Positions 16,050 through 25,169 of a DNA stretch of 64,000 nt are shown piece by piece. The stretch's first letter is position 1; each line of letters begins with the position of its first letter. This DNA is from an uncultured Gammaproteobacteria bacterium (GTDB lineage Bacteria; Patescibacteriota; Microgenomatia; Levybacterales; GWA1-39-11): assembly GCA_964531275.1 (NCBI GenBank), contig CAZHDZ010000001.1, positions 68,882 to 132,881 on the forward strand. The letters are read 5' to 3'. Made by a program: the position numbers and the translations under genes. A model generated the notes under the pieces. The model made no database searches. It was given only the letters and a program-made list of their open reading frames with translations, and was not told where the DNA came from.

Positions 16050-16312
16050 GGTAAATTCTCACATACCAAGCCATCCTTATCATTGTCCAGCTGCTTTGAA
16101 TCCGAAATGGAATACTTATAGAGAACATAGAATTCCTGAGCTTCGCTTTGGGTTATAAATAATGAGCATGTTGGTGAATCTCCATCGGAAAGGGTCGGTT
16201 TAACAAAGCGATGCTTATTGTAAGAGGGTACTAGAGCAAAAAAGTAGTAAATAGCGAGACATAACTCTGCCAAGAATGTAACAACAGCAACCCCACCAGA
16301 TAAAAATTTCAC
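16046..16312 (-). CDS. excalibur calcium-binding domain protein
   Basis: N-terminal TM; CSLFITQSEAQEFY...LDNDKDGLVCENLP. Confidence 0.8.
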   Translation of the reverse strand: MKFLSGGVAVVTFLAELCLAIYYFFALVPSYNKHRFVKPTLSDGDSPTCSLFITQSEAQEFYVLYKYSISDSKQLDNDKDGLVCENLP

Positions 16313-16453
16313 AAATCCAAGATAGACAAAAATTATGAACTATTTATTAAATTCAGACGTTAAAATCCCTCTCGCATTCTTGATTTTTTGCAGTTATAAT
16401 TATGTAATTCATCAGCTTCTGGGGTTCGAATTTATCTTCCAAAGAATTGACAG

Positions 16454-16480
16454 TTAGCAATTAATTTGCTAAACTGCTAA
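16454..16480 (+). promoter_or_regulatory. degenerate CIRCE-like element upstream of lon
   Basis: TTAGCA-N15-TGCTAA, the canonical CIRCE spacing, with non-consensus inner triplets. Confidence 0.4.
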
Positions 16481-16487
16481 AGGAATT

Positions 16488-18890
16488 ATGGCAAACGATT
16501 ACGATAATTACAACGAAAAAATGATACCGGTAATTCCAATAAGGGATGGTATCGTTTTTCCCCACACAGAATCTATCCTAACCTTTGGGCGACCACGAAG
16601 CTTAGCCGCTCTTGAATCTGCTTTTTCGGGTGAGAGGGTCGTTTGTTTTGTGCTCCAAAAGAATCCCCGTCAAGAAGATCCAGATGTATCAGACCTATAC
16701 CAGATGGGTACGGTTGCTCACATTGAGAGAATGATCAGATCTGATGGTGAGGTTAACGCCTTGGTAAGAGGTCTTTCCAGAGCTCAAATCGTGAGCTTTT
16801 CTCAATCGACTCAATACATGCAAGCTGTAGTTCATGAAATAGATGATTTTGAAGCTGATAATCCTGAGTTGAGGGCTCTTATGAATCATTTGACTGCTTC
16901 ATTTAAGAAAGCGTTAAGCCTTGGAAAGCAGGCAGACTTTTTAGTCTTTATGAATATCATGTCGGATATTTCTGCCTCAGAACTTGCTGATCAAATTGCT
17001 TCAACATTAGACATAAAAGGATCTGAAAGACAAGAAATTCTTGAGACAGTGAATGTCAAAAAAAGACTTGAAAAGGTTAGCGAATATTTAGACAAAGAAG
17101 TAAAAGTTCTTGAATTAGAGCGAAAAATTGCCTCAAAAACTCAGGAGCAACTCGAAAAATCGACAAAAGACGCAATTCTAAGAGAAAGACTTAAAACAAT
17201 CGAAAAGGAATTGGGTGAAACAGAAGATGGAGGAGAAATAAAGGAGCTTTCAGATAAGATCAAAAAGGCGGGAATGCCAAAAGATATTGAAGAAAAAATG
17301 ATGAAGGAGCTTAAAAAGCTTCAACAGCTTACTCCTTATAATCCAGAATCAGGATACCTGAGAAATTATCTTGAATGGATGGTTTCGATTCCTTGGAGTA
17401 AAAAAACCGAAAGCAAGATTGATATAAAAAGTGCTGAAAAAATTCTAGACGAAGGGCACTATGGACTCCAAAAGGTTAAAGAAAGGGTCATTGAGTACTT
17501 GGCCGTACATAAACTGTCCGGAAAAATGAAGGGTCCAATTCTTTGTTTTGCCGGGCCTCCAGGTGTAGGTAAGACATCTATTGGAAAAAGTATCGCAAAG
17601 TCTTTGGGACGAGAATTTGTAAAAGTATCGCTTGGTGGTATCCGAGACGAAGCTGAAATTAGAGGACATAGAAGAACATACGTTGGCGCACTTCCTGGGA
17701 GAATTATTCAGGGAATTAAAGATTCAGGTACTAAGAATCCAGTATTTATGTTGGATGAAATCGATAAGGTTGGAGCTGATTTTAGAGGGGACCCCTCATC
17801 TGCGCTCCTTGAGGCTTTGGATCCAGAGCAGAATGGCGGATTTTCAGATCATTATCTTGAAGTTCCTTTTGACCTTTCTGATGTTATGTTTATAACAACA
17901 GCAAATAGGCTTGACACTATTCCTCCGGCCTTAAGAGATAGACTTGAAATCATTACTTTCGCAGGGTATACACAGGATGAGAAATTCCATATCGCAAAAG
18001 ACTTTCTAGTTAAAAAGCAACTTGCAATGCACGGGTTGAAAGCATCTCAGGCAAAAATTTCAGACGCAGCCCTTTCTCATGTAATTAATAGGTATACACG
18101 AGAAGCTGGAGTAAGGAATTTGGAAAGACAAATAGCAACCATTGATAGAAAAATTGCTAGAAAAGTTGCTGAAGGTCAGAAGGAAAAGATTGTTGTTACC
18201 GATAAGACCGTTACAAAATTCTTAGGTCCTGAGAAATACTCATCGACCATTGCTGAGCGTAAAAATGAGGTTGGAATTGCTACTGGGCTTGCTTGGACTG
18301 AGGTTGGCGGAGACATACTTTTCATTGAAGTAGCACTTATGCCAGGAAAAGGTCAACTGATAATCACGGGTCAGTTGGGAGACGTCATGAAAGAATCATG
18401 TCAGGCTGCGATGACTTATGTCAGAGCAAGAGCAAAGAAATTTGGACTTTCAGAAGATTTTTACAAGACACTGGATATACATATCCATGTTCCTGAAGGT
18501 GCTGTGCCTAAGGATGGTCCTTCTGCGGGGGACACCATAACAACAGCCTTAGTTTCTGCTTTGACAAAGATTCCAACAAATCACTTAGTTGGTATGACCG
18601 GAGAAGTAACTATCAGAGGAAAAATACTAGAAATTGGAGGAGTGAAGGAGAAGGTTATTGCAGCGCATAGAGCTGGTCTTAGGACAATTATTATGCCTAA
18701 GGAGAACAGAAAAGATCTTGAAGAAATTCCAAAGGAGGTCGCAAAAGACATCAGATTTGTCTTTGTATCTCACATGGACGAAGTATTAAAAGTAGCGCTA
18801 ACAAAACCCTTGCAGGGATTTAAAGAAATAAAGGGAGAGAAAGAAAAGAAGCACAATCTAACAGCCCCTACCCCAACCCTTGCTGACTAG
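16488..18890 (+). CDS. lon: ATP-dependent protease La
   Basis: LON N domain; GPPGVGKTS Walker A; LDEIDK; PKDGPSAG catalytic Ser; GGVKEKVIAAHRAG. Confidence 0.98.
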   Translation: MANDYDNYNEKMIPVIPIRDGIVFPHTESILTFGRPRSLAALESAFSGERVVCFVLQKNPRQEDPDVSDLYQMGTVAHIERMIRSDGEVNALVRGLSRAQIVSFSQSTQYMQAVVHEIDDFEADNPELRALMNHLTASFKKALSLGKQADFLVFMNIMSDISASELADQIASTLDIKGSERQEILETVNVKKRLEKVSEYLDKEVKVLELERKIASKTQEQLEKSTKDAILRERLKTIEKELGETEDGGEIKELSDKIKKAGMPKDIEEKMMKELKKLQQLTPYNPESGYLRNYLEWMVSIPWSKKTESKIDIKSAEKILDEGHYGLQKVKERVIEYLAVHKLSGKMKGPILCFAGPPGVGKTSIGKSIAKSLGREFVKVSLGGIRDEAEIRGHRRTYVGALPGRIIQGIKDSGTKNPVFMLDEIDKVGADFRGDPSSALLEALDPEQNGGFSDHYLEVPFDLSDVMFITTANRLDTIPPALRDRLEIITFAGYTQDEKFHIAKDFLVKKQLAMHGLKASQAKISDAALSHVINRYTREAGVRNLERQIATIDRKIARKVAEGQKEKIVVTDKTVTKFLGPEKYSSTIAERKNEVGIATGLAWTEVGGDILFIEVALMPGKGQLIITGQLGDVMKESCQAAMTYVRARAKKFGLSEDFYKTLDIHIHVPEGAVPKDGPSAGDTITTALVSALTKIPTNHLVGMTGEVTIRGKILEIGGVKEKVIAAHRAGLRTIIMPKENRKDLEEIPKEVAKDIRFVFVSHMDEVLKVALTKPLQGFKEIKGEKEKKHNLTAPTPTLAD

Positions 18891-18951
18891 CGCGTATGCG
18901 CCAAGCTCTGCTTAACAATGGCAAGCTTTGCTTACCCTTGTTGACTAGTTT

Positions 18952-20295
18952 TTAACGCTCAGTAAGCATTTTCTCTATAATTTCATGAGCTTTTTCGCCT
19001 TCTTCTTTTAGTAAATATTTTGAAATCAATTTATCTACATCGATTTTGCTTTCTTTTGCAATCTCACTGTACAGATGTGCACTGCGTCTGAGCTTTCTCT
19101 CACCTGTTATTGGGTTATTATCGATAAGCCCAAAGTCCTTTGTGTATCCCAAGATCCATTCAAGATTGTCTACAGTTGACCAGTGGAGATATTGTTCTAT
19201 CTTTGCTCCTTCCTGCATTGCCCTCCAAACTGCAACCAGATGGGTAAGTATATAAAAAGATCTTCTCTTGTCCTCTTTGTCAGCCAAGCCATTTTCTGTG
19301 ATTATAATAGGAAGATTGAATGTTCTATGTAAATAGCGTAATACCTCCAAGAAGAAATCAGGGACAATGGGCCATCCATAGTCTGATTTGTATGAGGCTG
19401 GCTCCCGAGTTTCGCCAAAAAGCAATGTTTTGGCGGTAACTTTGTCAGTATGTCTTGCCCTGAATTTAAGCTTTCTAATGTCTAAATTGAGATAATACCC
19501 CGTGTAGTAATTGCATCCTATGAAATCCATATATTTCTTAGTGGCCTCCACATAACTCCCAACGCTAATATGATTAACAAGTTGTGCGTACCATTTATCA
19601 AGTACAAAGTTCTCATGCTCTGGAAGATTCCACCGGAATGCAAATGTCATACCAACCCTAGACATGGGACTTATGTATTTCAGTTTTCTATACGCTCTCT
19701 TATGTGCTTCAATCATATTCCATCGGGCAACGCTTGCTGATAGAATGTTATTTTTTGCAGGCGGATAGTATTTGGAAAAATAACCCAGAATAACTAATAT
19801 GTTTGGCTCGTTAAGAGTTAGCCAATATTTTACTTCGGGAAATTCAAGGGCTGCAAACTTTACAAAATGCTCAAAATGCCCAATTGTTCTCTTGTTATTC
19901 CAGCTTCCTTCTCGAGCAACCCATTGTGGAAGAACATAATGATTTAGAGTTATCATGGGTATCATGCCGCTATCTATTATTTTTTTGATAACCTCTTTAT
20001 ATCGGGCAACGGCTTCCAGGTTAATATTTCCTTTTTGAGGTTCAATTCGGCCCCACGATACTCCAATTCTTTGAACTTTCATGCCCAAATTGGCCATTGT
20101 TTGGATATCATGTTCTGCACGGCCGGGCTTCCACCATTCTGGCCCCTTTTCGTGCATATTTATGATTTCAGGATACTGCTTCATAAATACATCCCAGTCA
20201 GTGTTTCTCTCACCTTCATTGCCCTCTACCTGATGGGCAGCTGTTGCACTTCCAAATAGGAATTCTTTTGGAAATTCTAAAATCTTTTTCTCCAT
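18952..20295 (-). CDS. glycoside hydrolase family 1 (beta-glucosidase-like)
   Basis: FLFGSATAAHQVEG, TLNEP, ITENG, DNLEW. Confidence 0.95.
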   Translation of the reverse strand: MEKKILEFPKEFLFGSATAAHQVEGNEGERNTDWDVFMKQYPEIINMHEKGPEWWKPGRAEHDIQTMANLGMKVQRIGVSWGRIEPQKGNINLEAVARYKEVIKKIIDSGMIPMITLNHYVLPQWVAREGSWNNKRTIGHFEHFVKFAALEFPEVKYWLTLNEPNILVILGYFSKYYPPAKNNILSASVARWNMIEAHKRAYRKLKYISPMSRVGMTFAFRWNLPEHENFVLDKWYAQLVNHISVGSYVEATKKYMDFIGCNYYTGYYLNLDIRKLKFRARHTDKVTAKTLLFGETREPASYKSDYGWPIVPDFFLEVLRYLHRTFNLPIIITENGLADKEDKRRSFYILTHLVAVWRAMQEGAKIEQYLHWSTVDNLEWILGYTKDFGLIDNNPITGERKLRRSAHLYSEIAKESKIDVDKLISKYLLKEEGEKAHEIIEKMLTER

Positions 20296-20398
20296 ACATT
20301 AATATTGAAGAACTGAGGTCTAAAAGTCAAAGTAAAGTCTTTCCGATTTCTTTCAATTTTCTTGTCAAAATACAAATTTTGATAAGTAGAATGACAAT

Positions 20399-20533
20399 AT
20401 GATAAAAGAATTAGGAAAAGTGCTTGGGTTATTCTTTATATTAGTTGCGGTAGCAATAATTTCCTCAATAACATTAAGTTCTCAAAAAGTATCAGCTGTA
20501 GACCATTTTCAGGGAATTAACTCTCTGAGGTGA
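20399..20533 (+). CDS. unannotated 44-aa secreted or membrane micropeptide MIKELGKVLGLFFILVAVAIISSITLSSQKVSAVDHFQGINSLR
   Basis: TAGAAT at 20387 exactly 12 nt before ATG, as in other leaderless genes here; signal-peptide architecture with V-S-A cleavage site. Confidence 0.6.
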   Translation: MIKELGKVLGLFFILVAVAIISSITLSSQKVSAVDHFQGINSLR

Positions 20534-21182
20534 GTGAAAGAATATAATTAGCTGCTTCTACAAACGTTGTTGCAAAGTAGTCGACAGGTATGCCTTTGAA
20601 GTCATTTTTTACTCTTACGCCGCTTTCAAGAACTGCAACGAAATGAAGCCCTGCACCTTTTGCAGCAACGGCATCACTTACAGCATCTCCAACGTAGACA
20701 ACTTCTTGCGGTTGAAGTTTGAAATCCCTTAGGACTTTTATAAAAACTCTTGGGTCAGGTTTTAGAAAGTCTGAGTTTTCTTTGTAATAAAATTTTTCCA
20801 TTCGGGAATTAAAGGGGTGAAGGTTGTGCAGTAGATGCTTTGCTTCCCCAATAGATCGTGAAGTAAGTAGTGCTAGCTTGATATTTCTGCTTAATAACGC
20901 ATCCAATGTATTTAAGTTGCGTAAGGGAACATGATCAGCTACACCTTGTGCAACGGCTTCTTCGTGAGCAATATAAAGTTTTTGTATAAATTCTTCAACA
21001 TTTATTCCTGGAAATCTTTGCAGTGCTGCAGTTTCTAGATCTACGCCCCAGTTCTTTTTATGCGCACTACGCGTCATTGGTTTATGACCCATTTGCGTAG
21101 CAACTTTATTCTCAATGAGAAAAGTAGCTTCCTCAGTCATGCTTAACGTGCCGTCAAAATCAATAGCAACGAGTTTTATCAT
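20517..21182 (-). CDS. HAD-superfamily hydrolase
   Basis: DFDGTL, LTSR, KPDP, VGDAVSD motifs. Confidence 0.93.
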   Translation of the reverse strand: MIKLVAIDFDGTLSMTEEATFLIENKVATQMGHKPMTRSAHKKNWGVDLETAALQRFPGINVEEFIQKLYIAHEEAVAQGVADHVPLRNLNTLDALLSRNIKLALLTSRSIGEAKHLLHNLHPFNSRMEKFYYKENSDFLKPDPRVFIKVLRDFKLQPQEVVYVGDAVSDAVAAKGAGLHFVAVLESGVRVKNDFKGIPVDYFATTFVEAANYILSLTSES

Positions 21183-21218
21183 TGATTAACTTGTATTTCT
21201 GTTCTCCATTCACAAAAA

Positions 21219-22298
21219 TTATATCAGACGATACCCAAGCTTTTTATGATTTTCGATAGTGTAACCTTTGGTTTTGAATGCGTTGTTTCGACGGAGTCTA
21301 TAGATCAACGCGTCAAGAGCCCAATCAGAAGCATTCGTACTTTCGATACCCCAAACAGCAATAAATATATCATCCTTAGAGACAACTTTATTTTTATTTG
21401 TTTTGAGAATTTTTAGTAATGCAGCTTCTTTTTTAGGAAGCTTCGTAAACTTTTGGGAAAGAACAAATTCATCAAATAATGGTGAGAATGTTCTATATTT
21501 ATCACCAACTTTCGTTATAAGACCTGTCTCAATAAGGTAACTGTCTGGTTCATTGTTAAATGTGTTTGAGACAATTTTCTTAACAATGCTTTTTTGTAAG
21601 TAAGATAAATGTGAGTAAATTGTTGAAAGACTAACCTTAATGTACGGATCTGTCGAGGATCCTGTTACTTTTTCAGCTTGCAGTAGGAGTTGGAATAGTT
21701 GGAAATGTCCACCCGAAAGACCAAGATATTTTTCTAGATCACTATTATTTATATCTCTTGTTGGACCATACATTTCGTGAAGAGCAAGTAAATCTTCTTT
21801 TGGATATGGCTTTATGTAAAGTGTATTTGCAAACATACTAAGATCTATATCTATTGCATCCTCAGGAATAAGAGACTCTATTCTTTTGCATATTCCGAAA
21901 ATAAATACGATATTTTCTCTATTAACAGCTCTTAATGCTTTTAGGCTTTTAAATATATTTTTTTTAAATTCAAGGTGGAGTTGATCGAATCCACCAAAGC
22001 AAATTACAACCTTTTTACTTTTTGTTACCTCTGAAAGTATTTTTTGACATTCGTATAATCCGCCTTGTCGCGTCCCGCCTAACTGCATATATAGATGCTC
22101 GAAAAGCAATTTTTCACTGGGTTTTGGAAGGGAAAAAATATCAACATAAATATACTGCGCAGATTTAAAAGTAATATTTTTTAGAAAAACAGATATTCCA
22201 ACCCCTGGTATCCCAAGTAGTGAAAAAGACTCCGAATTTTGCACAAAACGCTCAGCATTCTGAGCAAGCTTTTTTGATTGTTGCGAACTTAGGTTCAT
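21219..22298 (-). CDS. degenerate P-loop/AAA-like domain with C-terminal OmpR-type winged HTH (putative regulator)
   Basis: GIPGVGIS (Walker A-like, no Lys); LSGGHF; SKDDIFIAVWG...DALIYRLRR...GYRL. Confidence 0.7.
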   Translation of the reverse strand: MNLSSQQSKKLAQNAERFVQNSESFSLLGIPGVGISVFLKNITFKSAQYIYVDIFSLPKPSEKLLFEHLYMQLGGTRQGGLYECQKILSEVTKSKKVVICFGGFDQLHLEFKKNIFKSLKALRAVNRENIVFIFGICKRIESLIPEDAIDIDLSMFANTLYIKPYPKEDLLALHEMYGPTRDINNSDLEKYLGLSGGHFQLFQLLLQAEKVTGSSTDPYIKVSLSTIYSHLSYLQKSIVKKIVSNTFNNEPDSYLIETGLITKVGDKYRTFSPLFDEFVLSQKFTKLPKKEAALLKILKTNKNKVVSKDDIFIAVWGIESTNASDWALDALIYRLRRNNAFKTKGYTIENHKKLGYRLI

Positions 22299-22363
22299 AA
22301 ACGTCAGTATTATAACAGTATTTAGTCAAGCTTGCAAATATATTAGCGCTTACAATACGGAAT

Positions 22364-23053
22364 ATGAATAAAGAAATTTCGTTAGCAAATAAAAACATGG
22401 TTGTTGTTGGGGCATCAAGCGGATTGGGATACGAGGTTGCAAGACAACTATCTTCCGAAGGTAGCAATGTGTTTGCTTTATCACGCAAAATTGAAGACCA
22501 ACAATTAGGTTTTACGGCAACAAGAATAAATTGTAATTTAAGAAAACCTGAAGAAATTGTCGAAGCCTTTGAAAGGATTGATAAAGCTGGGGATCTTGAT
22601 GCCCTAATTAACTGTGCAGGTATTGGTCTTACTAAGGACTTTGATTCTACAACACATGAGGAGATTATGGACGTCTTAGGAACCAATTTGAAAGGCTCTA
22701 TATACACAAGCCTAGAGGCATATAAGCGTATGAAAGTTCTTAAGGCAGGGCACATAGTGAATGTTTCATCGACCTCAGGGCTAGTAGGGCGAGACAATGA
22801 AGCGGTATACGCTGCAAGTAAATGGGGCCTCAGGGGTTTTACCGAGAGCCTGAGGCTTGAAGGGGTGAAGAATAAAGTAAGAGTTACCAGTGTCTGTCCA
22901 GGTGGTATGAATTCTGCTTTTTGGAGTGATTTTCCGGATAAAGATTTATCTGCATATATGAATCCAGAAGATGTAGCAGGTCAAATCGTTCATGTACTTA
23001 AATCTCCCAGTGGCATTTCTCCAGCTGAAATAGTTATACAGAGGGGAGTCTGA
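22364..23053 (+). CDS. short-chain dehydrogenase/reductase
   Basis: GASSGLG, NCAGIG, YAASK. Confidence 0.93.
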   Translation: MNKEISLANKNMVVVGASSGLGYEVARQLSSEGSNVFALSRKIEDQQLGFTATRINCNLRKPEEIVEAFERIDKAGDLDALINCAGIGLTKDFDSTTHEEIMDVLGTNLKGSIYTSLEAYKRMKVLKAGHIVNVSSTSGLVGRDNEAVYAASKWGLRGFTESLRLEGVKNKVRVTSVCPGGMNSAFWSDFPDKDLSAYMNPEDVAGQIVHVLKSPSGISPAEIVIQRGV

Positions 23054-24038
23054 GGTTTGTAATAATATTTGTAATTAACATTTCTTTTAAAGATTCAGTA
23101 ATTGTGACGATTACTGCTCCCTCATTCTTTAGTCCATAGATAACTATTGATTCTAGAGGTGCAAAAAGCATTGCGGGGAGTGCGAGTAGATCTTCCTCTC
23201 CATGAATTTCAAGTGAGAATTTGTTATGAGTATTAATACTTTCTTGGATAAAATTTTCAATTTTAAGTGCTGTTGTGCAGTTAATGGTGCCGGGCTCATT
23301 TTCTAATTCTACTGAATTTTTCGGAAGACTTGTAAGAATATGACTGTCTGTTATTTTCTTTCTATTTGATATTTTGTCAAAAATACTGAGATTTGGAATT
23401 AAATCATGTTGCAGTAAATTCGAAACAACAATATCTCCAACCGCGATCGTAAATTTGTTTTGCAAATTCTTAATGTCCATGGTCTTTACAGTCTCTCCGA
23501 AAGGCTCTTTGAGTTGTTCTCTTAAAGAATTAGGGAGAGTAAGTGACGTGTTTTTTGGAAAAAAGTCAGAGTACATATTCCCTCTTCGATCAATTTGCCC
23601 TAGTCTAATTGCGGTTGAGGAGATTCTTTTATTCCTATTGATATCTATAGTTGGTACATCCACAATCTCAAGTTCTTTCAGTCCCAGGCTTTGCCGCTTT
23701 TCATTTACTTTTTTAGCACCACCGTAAGTATCTGAAATAACATATATTGCCTCCAAAGAATTGTCACTAACACTTGGTCCGTAGATATCATCAATTTTAA
23801 AGATTGTAGTTCTTTCGGAATATCCCTTTTGTGATAAAAAGTCTTTGATGGATTGTTCTCTTTTTGCGTAAGGTTCAATTGCGCTTTGCCGTGGTTTGTC
23901 TTGAAGCATTTCATCGGAAGTAATTCCTATAGTGAGTTTTGCTGACTCTAAAAGCGCGGCGTTAATGAAATTTTCATGTCCTTTATGGAAATGATCAAAT
24001 GTGCCACCTAGAACAGAATGATTATATTTGTAATACAT
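23034..24038 (-). CDS. fused archaeal/eukaryote-type phosphopantetheine adenylyltransferase + DUF359 GTP-dependent dephospho-CoA kinase
   Basis: GGTFDHFHKGH, GITSD, DIYGP, ISSTAIR; then VGDIV, NEPGTI, GEEDLLALP, YG. Confidence 0.8.
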   Translation of the reverse strand: MYYKYNHSVLGGTFDHFHKGHENFINAALLESAKLTIGITSDEMLQDKPRQSAIEPYAKREQSIKDFLSQKGYSERTTIFKIDDIYGPSVSDNSLEAIYVISDTYGGAKKVNEKRQSLGLKELEIVDVPTIDINRNKRISSTAIRLGQIDRRGNMYSDFFPKNTSLTLPNSLREQLKEPFGETVKTMDIKNLQNKFTIAVGDIVVSNLLQHDLIPNLSIFDKISNRKKITDSHILTSLPKNSVELENEPGTINCTTALKIENFIQESINTHNKFSLEIHGEEDLLALPAMLFAPLESIVIYGLKNEGAVIVTITESLKEMLITNIITNLRLPSV

Positions 24039-24084
24039 AGAGTAAATTTTATTGTATTTTTAGCGTAAAGCAAAGTTGAATAGA

Positions 24085-24121
24085 GGCGTCGCCCCGGAAG
24101 TGAGACTTCCGAGGAGACGCC
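24085..24121 (-). terminator. GC-rich hairpin downstream of fabG
   Basis: GGCGTC..CGGAAGT-gag-ACTTCCG..GACGCC. Confidence 0.55.
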
Positions 24122-24137
24122 AAGAGAACCACTGGGA

Positions 24138-24911
24138 CTAGCCCATGAACAGGCCGCCATCCGCACCGAACACCTTGCCGGTGATGTAGGAAGCGCCAGG
24201 GCCTGCAAGGAAAGCAACGACTGGTGCCACATCCTCGGGCTCACCGAGTTTGTCGGCAGCCCGCCTGTCGCGGACGAGCGGAATATGGCTGTTGACGGTT
24301 TGGGTCGCATCATCAGGCATTTCCGCAATGATGTCCGTCCGGATGAATCCGGGTGAGACTGCGTTGACGGTGATGTTGTTGCGGCCAAGTTCCTTAGCGA
24401 GAGCGAGGGTCATGCCGATCATGCCAGCCTTGGAAGCCGCGTAGTTAACCTGCCCCAGGTTGCCCATTTGGCCGACAACGCTTGTGATATTGATGACACG
24501 GCCATGCTTGGCTTTCTGCAGCGGCCTAACGGCCGCTTTGACCATCAAGAACGCCCCTCGAAGGTTAGTGTTGTGGACAGCATCCCAATCTTCGAGGGTC
24601 ATCCGAAGGAGGGGCCCATCACGGGTTATTCCTGCGTTATTGACGAGGATGTTGAGGCCGCCATATCGTGCGGTGACTGCATCGACGAGGTTTTCGGCAT
24701 CAGCCTGTATGGAGACGTCGCCTCTGATGGCAAACGCTTCGCCTCCCATGTTGATGATTTGTGCGACGACCCCATTTGCAGCGGTCTCGCTTGTGTTGTA
24801 GTTCACCCCGACCTTTGCTCCCTGAGAAGCGAGTTCGCGGCAAATTGCTGCGCCGATCCCTTTTGACCCTCCGGTCACAAGGGCGACTAGGCCGTCTAAC
24901 GGTCCGGACAA
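24138..24911 (-). CDS. fabG: 3-oxoacyl-[ACP] reductase-like SDR
   Basis: [37 protein letters not shown]; GGAG SD before TTG; markedly high GC. Confidence 0.85.
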   Translation of the reverse strand: MSGPLDGLVALVTGGSKGIGAAICRELASQGAKVGVNYNTSETAANGVVAQIINMGGEAFAIRGDVSIQADAENLVDAVTARYGGLNILVNNAGITRDGPLLRMTLEDWDAVHNTNLRGAFLMVKAAVRPLQKAKHGRVINITSVVGQMGNLGQVNYAASKAGMIGMTLALAKELGRNNITVNAVSPGFIRTDIIAEMPDDATQTVNSHIPLVRDRRAADKLGEPEDVAPVVAFLAGPGASYITGKVFGADGGLFMG

Positions 24912-25169
24912 TAGAAATCTCCAGTAGTGTGTCTGCTAATTTGCGCGATGCGCAAAAACCCTGTATCCTCCTTTCGTTTTTCCTACAGTGGTTGCAGCTT
25001 TTTAAAGACAATAGATGTATCCCCAAAAAGCCGCAACCAAATAATTTCCAGTGGTTTGTTAATGTACAAAGCGTGATAGATCCAAGCAAAAGGATCATCT
25101 AACTTCATAGTGGAGAATTATACAGTATTTAGGTACAAAATGAGAAATAATGCGTGATACAATCAAGTA

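Noticed and set aside
15742-16128. 128-aa alternative minus-strand ORF
   Set aside because: Overlaps both the excalibur gene and the translationally coupled 15720-16049 ORF, which has a more protein-like TM pattern.
16421-16431. GGTTCGAAT T-loop-like motif upstream of lon
   Set aside because: No T-stem, acceptor stem or anticodon arm can be formed.
22252-22797. 181-aa minus-strand ORF, and similar long ORFs over fabG (24250-25102), ppsA and lon
   Set aside because: Antisense or alternate-frame shadows of well-supported genes; long antisense ORFs are common over SDRs and GC-rich genes.
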